From Bispira polyomma (lineage: Eukaryota), in the NCBI GenBank assembly GCA_965649765.1, contig OZ287753.1, positions 40,858,001-40,922,000 on the forward strand: a DNA stretch of 64,000 nucleotides, given 5' to 3'. The notes beneath the pieces are model-generated. The model ran no database searches and had not been told where the DNA came from. It saw nothing but the letters and a program-made list of their open reading frames with translations. This document shows, in pieces, positions 12,300-24,150 of the stretch. The position numbers were made by a program, and so were the translations under genes. Position 1 is the stretch's first letter. Each line of letters starts with the position of its first letter.

Positions 12300-13960
12300 T
12301 AATGTTCTGTGCAGATGAAGCAGGTTTTTAATAGTGTGTTAAGTACATTAGTTTTGAATGAGTTAGATACACTAATTATCAATAAAGTCACAGGCATTTC
12401 GAGATTTTAGATTCAAATGATAACACAAATATCATTCAGCATGGCCCTTTAACGATGTGTGATTAGAAGTGAATATGTGGTGGGCTAAATCTTAATCAAG
12501 TAAATAAATGTGAATTTTTAAAAAGAATAGAGTTTCTAAATTAAAGAAAGCCATATTTAGTATCAGCTTAAACGACTCAAAGTGCTGATGAAGCTGGTTT
12601 TAAAATTTAAAAAATTCTTCATTATTAAGAAAGTTACAAGCATTGCCAGTTTGTAGGGTAGTTCATTATTAAGAAAGTTACAATCATTTGTAATTTGTAA
12701 GTTATTTTAAAAGAGATTAAGCCCAATGAATACACAAAATACAATTTACTGACCCTTTATGTAACAATGATTGATTAAAAGTGAACAAGTTGAGAGCTAG
12801 CTTTGGAGTAATAAACTGACCAAATGTGGAATTTTAAAAGAATAGAATTTTTATATTACATATAGCCATATTTAGTATCATCTTTAGCGCCTTAACATGC
12901 CGATAAAGCTGCTGGTGAGGCTGGAATTTAAATTTTGAAAAACACTTAATTTTTAAGAAAACTTGAAGTTTCTAAGTTTTTTTTAAAAGCTCTGAAAGAA
13001 GAGGGGCTTAATCAAGCTGTGTAGTCTAGAATGCATTTGGACCCACACCGTTTGAAAGACTTCTTCAAACAGTGAATTAGCTTTGCATGACAAAAAAGTC
13101 ATTACATATAATTTAGTAGTAAAGGTGTACAAATTTGATATCAAAATAAACGCCTGGTAATTCTAATCAAGAAGGTTTTTGACTTGTGAAAAACACACCA
13201 TTATTAAGAAAGTTAGAAAGATTTTGTATGCTAGTTTACAGAAATCACATAATAGCACAAAGGGAATTAAGTGGAGAAAGCAAGCTGTCTGGTCAAGACT
13301 GAATTGGGACGGACAAACAAACATGCAACTGACTTGTTCAAACATTGAACAAGCTTTACATATTTTCTGGAAAATAAAAAAAATTCATTGTACAGAGTAA
13401 TAAATTTGGACTTATTTGATATAAAATTAAACGCCTGATAATATGGATCAAGAAGGTTTTTTCAACAGCCCCATTTATTCAGAAATTTAATAAAGGTAAT
13501 AAACACCCACGATATAGAATATCCACACCCAGATATCCAACACACATCAAAAACCCTTTTACAGGAATGAGAAGCAGTGTGTGCGAAGGGAGTAAAAAGG
13601 GACAAATGTGCATGCACACATTAAGCTCTTTAAAAATCAAAACAATTATTCCAGAAAAATATTAACAATTTAGTAATGAGGGGCTGATATGCAAATGCCC
13701 CAAATTCACAAGACCTCAAACCTTCTACTGGAATAAGGGGGGAGTGAGGAGGGGCTGTAACATGTGTGCCCCCATCCACTTCACACTATTGATTCACTCA
13801 CCCAGTCTCATACTTCTTTACGTGAATTTGAAAAATCTGGCATTATAATTCTAGCATTATATCTGGCTTTTAAAAAAAATTGGGCACTATAATCCTGGCA
13901 TTATCTTTGGCATTATAATCCTGGCATTATCTTTTTTGGCATTATCATTTTGTCATTATA
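12108..13960 (-). repeat. Right inverted arm of foldback element
   Basis: Reverse complement of 9228-11064; retains extra segment 12298-12346 and is followed by extra terminal bases 13961-13978. Confidence 0.95.
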
Positions 13961-14347
13961 ATCGTGTATACTAAACGGGCCCCTATAGTAGTGGCATACC
14001 ATAAATTTAGTCATTTGTCACAAAGAGGCCAATGGTATTTGTGTATCATTGCACATAACAACAAAAAACCACAGACTGCTTGACTTGACACTAAAACAAC
14101 TGTCAGTATAAGATGACCGGCTCATATGATGGCTGAATAACAGTGACAAATTCAGTGGAAAACTTGGGATTTCTGTCTGTCTATCTGTCTGTCTATTTGT
14201 CTGTCTATTTGTCTGTGAGATATATTGTATTTTTATTTATATATTCATTTATAAGAGTAACTTGGCATATATATCGACAGAGACTCTAAAGTTACTCTAT
14301 ATTGTGAACTTCATAAATTCAGTTCTAATAAGGTGCGATAGTGCCAA

Positions 14348-14558
14348 ACAAGAGTTGTGGTTAAAAAATGCACTAACGTTTGATATGGGTAATATATACT
14401 CAGGCAAATCTGTCACCCCCTTCAGCTGCGTCTGATAATAATAATTTGACACCCCTCGTGTTGATTGCTTTCAACCAATCAATGAATACCCTACATATTT
14501 CGAAGATGGCGGCGCCCTGCTAAGAATGAAAACTACATCAGGTTGTGCCTGATCAAAA
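14348..14558 (+). mobile_element. HINE-like family D copy
   Basis: Starts aacaagagttgt; core caaccaatc..aagatggcggcgccc; ends in hairpin atcagg-ttgtg-cctgat plus aaaa. Confidence 0.55.
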
Positions 14559-14998
14559 GTGAATGAAACAAAACAACAACATATAAACAAACAAAAGGAA
14601 ATCCTTCTACATTGTTGCACTCCAGCCTCTAACGCATGCTACCATGGCGAATGACTTATCGCATCTTTAAATTTGGTGTCACGTGGCCCAGTGGTTTAAG
14701 AGTTTTGTCTTGTGATTACAATGTCACAGGTTTAACTCCTGATTGGGGAGGTTGATCTGGTGATATGAAGGTCCTAATTTAACTCCCGCTGATCCTTTAG
14801 GTTTCTTGTGGGACAACATCTTTGGTCAACATGTGAACATTCTTTTGTCTACTGGTAACAACTTAACGTATGTTGTAAGACTATCCATGAATATGTGCTG
14901 TTTAAGGGTGATATATATATATATATATAAATAGGATACAAGAGTAGAAAAGAAAATAGGGTACTGCTATATACGTGTAGAATCTTAATAACAATAAA

Positions 14999-15209
14999 TG
15001 GCCTAGTGGTGAGAAGCCCCTGCTTCAAAAGAATCACTGGCCAATGTGACTTGGAATCATGTTCGTTCCTTTATGTGGAAAAGTTTTCCAGGTACTTGTC
15101 ATTGGTCAGTGGTTTACGCTGCTTCATCACTGGTTTCTTCCATCATTGAATCTGGCCGTCTCAATATGACATAAGCTGTTGAAAGAGACATCAAACCCAA
15201 CTAAATAAA
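14999..15209 (+). mobile_element. SINE, family A-related subfamily
   Basis: tggcctagtgg head; atgtggaaaag..caggtacttg..gtggttt..ggtttcttcca; 3' end gttgaaag.gac.t.aaacccaactaaat shared with 19306-19514, 27822-28038 and 61262-61503. Confidence 0.7.
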
Positions 15210-16449
15210 GGTTAGTCGTTCTGTGTAACCCTGATTAAAAAACCAAACAGACAAAAATATACCCTCATTTGGTAGAGGCTGCAACCCTAGCTCAAATTTC
15301 GTGCTACCAGAGTTGTATCATCAACTACTGATTAATACAAAGGTTAATAAGTGCTGCATTTACCACCCCCATCCCCCAAACCCCCATTGATCATATTTAT
15401 CATCCAGTTTAATCACATTTCTACTTGACCTTCGCCCAATCCTAGTCATCCTACAATAATCCTCCAAACATTTACCCAGACGATGATTTTACACAGATTT
15501 CCATTGTGTGTTTGCTTTTTCCCATTATACCAACATCTTGTTTCCGTCTAGTGTTTAGTTGCAAAAATACCAAAGTTTACACCGAGACAAAGGGCTGTCG
15601 ACGAGTAATTAGGCCCTTGCAAATGAGGCGTGATTAAAACAACGGATTCATTGACGTAGGTCGCCTATGACATTTATCAATCTGTGTTTTCTATAAATCT
15701 CAACCATATGGCAATTCATATTCAAGATATTCAAACTTTGGTGTTTGTTTGTGTGATTTTTTTTATATATTAAAAATACTTGGACAAGATGTGTTCTTTT
15801 TTCCTCCATGTATTGACCTTTGAATGGTTATATAAGAATATCTGCTCTTCCAAAAGTCAGCCATTAAAAAGCCTGCTTTTGTGTTTAATTCTCAAAAAGG
15901 TTTTTTTAGGTTTAATTCAAAAGGTTTTAAGGCTAAACCTGCATTGCTTTGTCAGCCCATTTTTGAGTCACAACACAATGCTATCATAAACAAAAATTAA
16001 AAACTTGATTTATTTTGTGAAACCAAAAGGTTCTGTCTGATGAAATATTTATCAAGAAGCCACATGTGTCATGAATGGAGCTTGAGAACTTAAATTGCCC
16101 CACAACTCTGCTCGTTGGTACCATAATATCTTCCAGTAGGACAGATTCTAGCCCCCCCCCCCCCCCCCCCCTCGAAAAAAAAGAAGAAAAAAAAACAAAC
16201 CAAAAAGGGTAATAATGTTTTAAATGGTACCAACGTTGGGCAGTTGACTTACTGCTTGTAACAAACAAATGCAAAAGAAGTAATTGACATAAAATTGAGC
16301 TCAGTAAAATGACATATGACCTTCAGTGCCCTACCCTAGATAAGTTGACTTGATGGAGAACAGGGGTAAGTAAAAAAGGCAAAGTTGGGGAAATTAGTTT
16401 TAATGCTACTATGTTATGTCTAATAATTATTTACATACTGAAGTATTTA

Positions 16450-16730
16450 GGGCCACCTTAGCACCAGGAAAATTTAGAGTTAAAACTTTAAGGTGACCTT
16501 AACCTGAGGATTTTCAGGCTAAAGTCAGAAAGATTTTGAGTTTAGGGTAGGGTTTTAGGTAAAATTGAGTTTACAAAGTTGAGTTTAAGGTTACCTTAAC
16601 CTAAGAATTAGGGTTAGATATTTTAAGAATTTTGATATAGGAGGTAACCTTAGTTTAATTTAAGGTTGCCAAAGGAGAATTATAATTATAAGTGAAATGA
16701 TTTAGATGAAATAAGGTGGTAAGGTGGGCC
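16450..16730. mobile_element. Small MITE-like element with internal palindromes
   Basis: 16-bp TIR gggccaccttagcacc versus rc ggcccaccttaccacc; internal ttaaggt(g/t)accttaa palindromes. Confidence 0.55.
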
Positions 16731-16802
16731 AAAAGAGTTATCTTTAACATTTAAGTATCTATTAATATTGTAAAAGTATGTAAATAAAGCCCCAAAGCCC
16801 AA

Positions 16803-17380
16803 TTAGGAAGTAGTGGATTTAGAAAGTAGGGCCTTGAAGGCCAGGGCCACTTGCTCAGATACATTGTGGTCCTGGACGATGTACTTCCACATACAATCCG
16901 AGGTCCAGGTGCCATGACTTTGAATATCTTGAATTGGTACATTACTATTAAATGCTAGGGTGGCACCTGAACGCGGGAAGGTGTGGAAGGAAATCCCCGA
17001 ATGCTGCAGACCCAGCCTGATAAGTATTAAGGAAAGGTTTTTCCTAACCTGAGAGTCAAACATAGGAAACCATGTCTGATTTTTCTTGAATTGGAATAGA
17101 GGAGAGTTTTTGTGACCTGGAGTAATTGCTAATAGAACTCTAGTAGCTGCCACTGGGCACAAGGGTGAACCATTTAGGGAAGGAATTTTTAACACCTTAA
17201 CTACGTTTTTAGACTGAAGGGTTTTGGACCATTTTATTATGATATGCAACCCAGGGGGAGCAAATAGGACATCCCCCCGGGCCAGTTGCACCAGAAGAGA
17301 AAACTGGTCAGCAGCATGAGGGACCAGGTTGGAGATTCTTAGAAAAGAGAAAAAAGGCTATTAGGTAAACTGCTTCCTTA
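16803..17380 (-). pseudogene. DIRS-order (DIRS/PAT/Ngaro) retrotransposon tyrosine recombinase, inactivated fragment
   Basis: AVYLIAF(fs)FSFLRISNLVP, KWSKTLQ, LCPV, SFHTFPRSGAT, HGTWTSDCMWKYI; +1 frameshift in the T-run near 17350-17355; HxxR arginine read as proline. Confidence 0.85.
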
Positions 17381-19305
17381 TAATACCTGCGCTGTTGATA
17401 ATACCACCTTACCTGGCTGTTCAAGTATATGTCTGTCATATGTAGTATGGATAGTACAGTGTTGGAAGTGAATTCAAATTTAATTTGCATAAAAGGTAAA
17501 TATAACTAAATGTGTATAACAGATGAATGCATGAGCTTGAGATAATGTGAGAACTGTCCAAATCTGTAAATCTGTAAATCAATATAGATTTAAATATAAA
17601 CTTACTGATCAAACTAGAAGGACACAGAGTAGAATTCTTACCTCCTCTAAAGCGGCACAATGGTGGAACAATATGCCCTTCTAACTGGATCCGCTCCAAA
17701 ATTGAATAAATACTTTCCAGAATCTGTGCACTCTGATTCCTCCATTGAATTACATGTAAAAGTAGGTTCATAGTAGTTTTTGTGTGTAATCCAGGTGACA
17801 AATAAACACACAAACCAACAGACAGGGGCAAAAACATAACAATCCCTGTAGTTCCTTCTATTTATGGTAATACAGTAGTTGTAGAAGTTAATGGCTAGGT
17901 GAGTAATATCTTACCTTGACATTTCATAACTCTTTGTACATAATATTAGTAGCTTCAAGGTCAATAGCAGAACAACCTAAAACTCCATTGATTTATGTAA
18001 CTCAATGGTCTGAATTTGAAAATTTGTTTTTAATTGAAAACTAACTTTTAATGTGATACTATAATTTTAATGGACTTCTGGGTAATATTCTATTACAAGG
18101 AAGTTCATGAAGATAGTTTACTGACCAACAGTATCTCAGAGTCAGATATTTGTTTTAAATGAGGAAGGAACTAAAGCATGCCATTTAATACGTTATATAT
18201 ACTTATTGTTTTGTGATATTGTAACAGTATCGGAGTACTAATTTTGTAGAATTGATATACACCCCCAAAAATTCTAAATATTATATAAAGAAATACATAC
18301 ATAACACAAACAACGTAAGAAGGTCTTTTTGCTTAAAACACTAGAACTACTATTTTTTCACAAGGTCGAGTGTAATACATAGTCATCCATCAAATCACTT
18401 GAAGCTTCTTCTTTCACGTCCTTATATTCTTCATATACATAAAACTATTTTGATTGACTTTCTTCATAGTAGTAGTAATTTAACCAGTAGATATTCTGTA
18501 TAAGATATTAGATAGTAGATATATATTTATATATACATACTGAACCATATTAACATATTGTTCACCTATTTTAAATTGAAGGAACTATTTTACCTTTCAT
18601 GTTGTACTGTGTTTGATGAGGTAAAAAATGTTAGACTAGCCCAAGGCCCCAAAATTCTAAAATACACTATATTTGACAAACTAATCTCATTTCTCGTTTA
18701 ACATAAAGAGTTAGTCCATTTTAACAAAATTGTCATTTTAACATGAAGAGCTTGTGTCATTGATCTTTGTTGGTTTAAAAGTATGGACCAAAAAGTAGGA
18801 TTTGTTAAAGCCAGTTAAGTAGTCCCTTTAGTAACATTATATATGTTAAATATACACCCAGATTCAGGTGATGCTTTTAATTTGTCATGCTAAATCTAAA
18901 TATTCCATAGATATGGCACATGGTTCCAAATGGATTAAGCCTTACCTCACATTTAAAAATGCTCGCAAATGCCTTTGTAACAAGCTGACTTGATTATTGC
19001 AATTCGCTACTGTATGGTATTAGATAAGGGCAAATGAACAAGCGGCAGAAAATCTAAAGCAATGTTTGCAGAATTGTGTTATTAAACTGGCCTATAATCT
19101 TATAAAAAGCCGTCTAGATCAACAGCTCCAACTTTTTTTTTTTAATCGACTCTTTGTTGGATCTTAATTTGGATATCGACTCTGGAGGATGGCTGGACAT
19201 TAATTGTTGTTCTATATAGAAGTTTAACATCACCAAATACCAGAATTTCTATTACGTGAAAAGCATAGAACAGCTGAGATTTTGCATTTGTGTTCCTATG
19301 TCTCA

Positions 19306-19514
19306 CAGTGACCTGGTGGTTAGAAGCGCTTGCTAATAATTACCGGTCTCTCACCAATGTGGGTTCTAATCTTGTCTGTTTCTTTATGTGAGAAAGCATG
19401 TCAGGTACTTGCCATAGGTTGGTGGTTTACAGTGGCTTCAGTATTGGTTTCTTCCATCGCTATATATGACTTAAGTTGTTGACAGCGACGTAAAACCCAA
19501 CTAAATTTGTAATA
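19306..19514 (+). mobile_element. SINE, family A-related subfamily
   Basis: Same head, body and 3' end (gttgttgacagcgacgtaaaacccaactaaat) as 14999-15209. Confidence 0.7.
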
Positions 19515-21393
19515 AATGTTACGTCTCAAATCATTGTAAACTTCCCATGGTTTGTTATGGGATAATCCTTAACGAAACTTGTTTAAGCCTTCCTGCTATT
19601 TTGGATGGATTTTATGAATGGTAAAACTTAATATATGGTATAAATTTAGAGCCAGGTAAAAGGCCAGTAGAGCCTAAAACCAGTTGGAAGCAATCCGTCT
19701 TAGTGATTTATCTTGTTGACTGTTATTGAGGTTGTTATTACAGTAAGTAATTTGGGAGTTGTGAAAGCCATTCTTTTAACCAAACCACAGTTAACTTCTT
19801 GTACAGCCGCCACAATAACAGAACCATCTCCCATCTGAGGCAAGGTACATATACAAGAATTGTTGAACACAAAAAACTAGAACATTTGTTTTTGTTGTAG
19901 TAGTACCTATCTATAGAGAAATTACAGTGGCCTGTTTCCTATATTAGCTAAGAAATGGTTAGATAAAAATGTATTACTTCCTCTACACATTATTATTACT
20001 GTCTAATAATAATGAAATATTCTACTGGTTGCATTTTGATGTCTAATTCAGGCCTGTGTTGAAAAAAAAGACCTTGTCCCACTTAAACAACCTTGGCTTT
20101 CATCCCTAACTGAACTCAAACTCGTCTTCTGAGTGACTTGTGCATTCTTTTCCCATTCTTTAAATATACGATGGTCAGTACAGCCACTTGTCGGTCAAGT
20201 TAAGCATCATATTCGCTATAGAATCAATGGGAGGTCTAACTAAGCAATGACTGAGGGACTCTTGTGCATGGCCAACAGGAATGGGCAATCCTTATGCAAT
20301 CACCGTGCAATCCTTGCAAAGCAAGGTCAACTCCACCATGTTGATTCTAACATGACCTCCTCTGCTGTGTGCTGTCAAACAGGTGAGCATGTGGTATTAT
20401 TTTAACATTTTTATGTCAGGTGATAAGAGGCATCAAATCTAGTTAAATGTTATTGTTTATGTTTGTTTATGACTGTGTTTTGTCACACCTAGCTCGCCGC
20501 AAGGACTCTAAGAAGAGTTTGTAAGTACAATATTTTGCTTAAAAAGAGCACCGGTGTAGCTTACATTTTGGTGTTGTTATATGCAGGAGGCACATAAAAA
20601 CTCATAGGTCCAGCTGTGTTCATTTGTTAATAGTTCCATAGCACCTCAATTCATACGTAGGCATTCTGTGTGGTGTGGTAAAAAGTACTGGTATATGTTA
20701 AACTATAGAACTATGGCATACTCTGTGGTACACATCCCACTTAAGATCCAACTATAGTAATCCGATAGAAGAAAAAAGGCTTGTGATCAGAAATTGTCCA
20801 GTCACAACCGGCTGACGTATATTCTGGTTGACAGGTGAGTTGACACAGATAAATTTTCAATTTGATATACCAAAAAAATTTAGTTTACATTTGCTAAACA
20901 TTTTGTATGCTGTTCATTTCTCCAATAATCAAGTGAAGTTTGTGCTATTTTGAGCTATTCAGAAACAAACAAACAAAAACAGCCTCACAACAATTGCTTA
21001 CCATTGGCTTCATGTGTCAGCAAAATAATTCATGGAACATCACAATAAGGTGTAGAGTAACACAAACAAATTTTCCACAAACTTACACAACAGTTATGCT
21101 AACAAATATGTAATTTGACTCTGTGTTGGCGTTCTATTTGGTGAAGCCTTTTTCAATATTATGAATTATTTCTAAATCATTCTAAGTCAAGTTTTGCAGT
21201 ATCCCCTACGAACAAAAGTAGCCAATATACACAATTAATTGCATCATGGAACAGCTTATTGTGAGCTATGTAACCATTTGTATATTGACTAATTATTAAA
21301 GTCCAAACAGTTTTGAATTATTTAAGAATAATTGTTAAGGACAGAACAATAGTTAGATTTAAGATTACATGTACATATATATACCACCTTAAA

Positions 21394-21540
21394 CAGTGGC
21401 CCAGTGGTTAGCAAACATTGCGCTTCACAATCACTGGTTTCTCACCTCTTGGATCGGCTGGCGTGGGTTCGACTAACATCGATGCCAATGTGGGAAAGGT
21501 GGTAGTTCCTTACTGTCAACCGCTGGTTTCAGTGCAGAAC
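21394..21540 (+). mobile_element. SINE family A, 5' half
   Basis: Close match to 895-1037 (agcaaacattgcgcttcacaatcactgg..gtgggaaaggtggtagttccttactg..ctggtttcagtgcagaac). Confidence 0.85.
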
Positions 21541-21554
21541 AAAGGGGGGGATAC

Positions 21555-21900
21555 CAAGTTTGAACAGATAGGTTTTAAGGTTTTTTTCTAAACCCAGAAA
21601 GTGTTTCTGGTGATCTAAGCCCAACAGACTATTTCATTACATCGGGGCAGTGATTGAGAAAGCTCTGGATCCATCCGTCTTGGTTAGTTTAACAGAGGAT
21701 ATAGAAAGTCTTTTTTCTTCTCTAGAGGTTAGTGATGGCCAGATAAGTAACAAGGTAAGAGGGTTGTTAAGAGGCAACAGCTTTGAAAGTGGTGACATAG
21801 ATTTTAAACAAAATTCGAGAATGAATGGGAAGCAAATAAATTTTTTTGAGGTATGGCGAGACAAATATACCAACTTACAAATGCTAACTCTCACTCTATA
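21555..21900 (-). pseudogene. L2-clade LINE 3' fragment
   Basis: rc reads SSVKLTKTDGSRAFSITAPM*..SL..LRSPETLSGFRK..LKTYLFKL; homologous to 5880-6252. Confidence 0.75.
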
Positions 21901-23546
21901 AATATCAACAAAGACAATAAATTGACTATTTGTACTTTGTATTGATCTGCCGCTTTATGGCCCAGTGGGTTACACAGTTGCTTAGGAAGGCAGAGAACCT
22001 TCATTCTATCCCAGCCTAGTGTAATTAGGTATGGGCAAATATATAATGGCTTGGAAATGCCGGTTTTCTTTCACTGGATTCTATCCCCAGTGGCAGGCTA
22101 AAGAACATTGGGAGCATCGGTAAATGATCACCCTCAAGTTTTTATTTCCAGTTAGGGGAATGCTAGTTTCTGGTGCTGGTTGGCTGTACTTTGGAAGTCA
22201 AATATAGAATTGGGTACAGATAAAGAATGATAGATACAACTGGGAGGTCACTCAGCAAAATGTATACACCTCCACCAAGATACCAAAAATTAAAACAGAT
22301 CCACTCTTCTATGATGTAAATCGGTTTTGTAGTTTTTTACCTTATTTCTGCCAACAAACAAACAAAGGATCACAGAAAAAAACTGATGCCTTGATGAAAG
22401 CAAAAAAGTCGAAAACATAGCGCAATGCTCCGTCGTTTAACAAAAAATTCAACAAAATTTAAAAAAAATTCAAATATATGTATGCCACAATTTAACTATT
22501 TATTATATATAGACTTTTTTCTATTAATTTAATAAAATAAAGAATTGTTTTTGTATTTGGAACACCTTAAAAGGTCACTAAAGTGCAATATACAGGCATT
22601 GTAAGATCAAAGTAGCAAAACATAAATTACAATTTTTTTTTAAACTCTATTTTTTCTTCTAAAGTGTCTCTTTTCTAAAAAATCATGACAGATAACCGTG
22701 CTTTGCCCATTTTACCAGACACTCAAGTGCCAATTATTACTGCAAACAGATCTACCGCTTGTGGGTGCATTGTTTTTGCAACTAGAGATGGTTCTGTATT
22801 TGCTGGTAAGCTTGAACCCCTATTTTAAAACCTCATCACTAGTTTGATTACACCAATGTCAATACAGAACTGGTGTCAAGGGGGTGACAATGTAAGCTTA
22901 TAGTTTATTGCAATCTATTGCAAGAAAAACCACATCTGATTCGAATCGATGGCTTCGTCTTACAAGCTGGGGTTATAGTTTCATAATGTTGATGAACCAT
23001 TTTGTCATTAAGTTAGGGTATAGATGAAAGGTTGAGGGTTATTTTGCTTAGTAATAACTCACTGAAATCGTGTTGTATATAAAGTACATTAGACACAATT
23101 CTTCAGGGGTTATATAGAAAAATAACAATGTTCTTTAATGAAAGTATTGAATCAGATTATGTGTATGTATCATTTGTTATGTATCTAATTGTTATAAATC
23201 AAGTTTAGCTAGCGAATGAAATAAAGCATGATTTCTCTGTCGTGGATACTTACAGACAATTCCTAATTATTACCTGTTACTTACAGTTTTTAGTTGATAG
23301 GGTAGTTTTGTCTGCAAAAGTTCAAAATAAGAAACGTGAAATTATTAGTCAAACCAAAATAATTATGTCATGTATTACTTTGATATACATTGAAGACGTG
23401 GGTAATATACTAATTAGATTTCACCAAACAATTACATTTAATATAAAGACCTATTTTCATGTCTTATTTTACATTAGATATAGTAATCCTAATCAAATGT
23501 ATACTCAGTAGCACAGTAGGTACGGTTGTCTAGTATTTAGAGCACT

Positions 23547-24150
23547 GAAGGATGACCAGCCAACCAGCACCAATAACTGTCATTCCCGTAACTAAAGACA
23601 GAGGCTTGAGCATAACCAGCCTACCTGCACCAGTAGCTGTCATTTCCATAACTAAAGACAGATAATTAAGGACGACCAACAAACCAGCACCAGTAACTGT
23701 CATTCCACTAACTAAAGACAAAGGCTTGAGCATAACCAGCCAACCTGCACCAGTAGCTCTCATTTCCATAACTAAAGACATACGACTGAGGATGACCAGC
23801 CAACCAGCACCAATAACTGTCATTCCACTAACTAAAGAAGGGGGCTTGAGGATAATCAGCCAACCTGCACCAGTAACTGTCATTTCCATAACTAAAGACA
23901 GATGATTGAGGATGACCAGCCAACCTGCACCAGTAACTGTCATTGCCATAACTAAAGACAGATGATTGAGGATGACCAGCCAACCTGCACCAGTAACTGT
24001 CATTTCCATAACTAAAGACAGATGATTGAGGATGACCAGTAAACCTGCACCAGTAACTGTCATTTCACTAACTAAAGACAGATGATTGAGGATGACCAGC
24101 CAACCAGTAACTGTCATTCCACTAACTAAAGACAAAGGCTTGAGGATGAC
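23547..24150. repeat. 60-bp minisatellite (~10 copies) derived from the 3' part of SINE family C
   Basis: Unit cagccaacc(a/t)gcaccagtaactgtcatttccataactaaagacagatgattgaggatgac; single-copy version at 8781-8858 and 31482-31543. Confidence 0.92.

Larger units (their letters stand above)
9222..13983. mobile_element. Large foldback-type non-autonomous DNA element with ~1.84 kb inverted arms and a ~1.04 kb coding spacer
   Basis: 9228-11064 is the reverse complement of 12108-13960 (mirror-identical ORFs 9788-10009/13179-13400 and 9843-10025/13163-13345); GGGGC...GCCCC ends; flanks TAAA/TATA. Confidence 0.9.

Noticed and set aside
13987-13992. AGTAGT next to the foldback end as a Maverick terminus
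   Set aside because: Lies outside the inverted repeat, is in the wrong orientation for a right end and has no counterpart on the left.
17436-17837. 133-aa ORF upstream of the recombinase as DIRS RT/RNase H
   Set aside because: No RT or RNase H motifs; includes a family E-like repeat fragment.
23530-24135. 201-aa ORF of 20-aa hydrophobic repeats
   Set aside because: By-product of a 60-bp SINE-derived tandem repeat; no splice or gene context.
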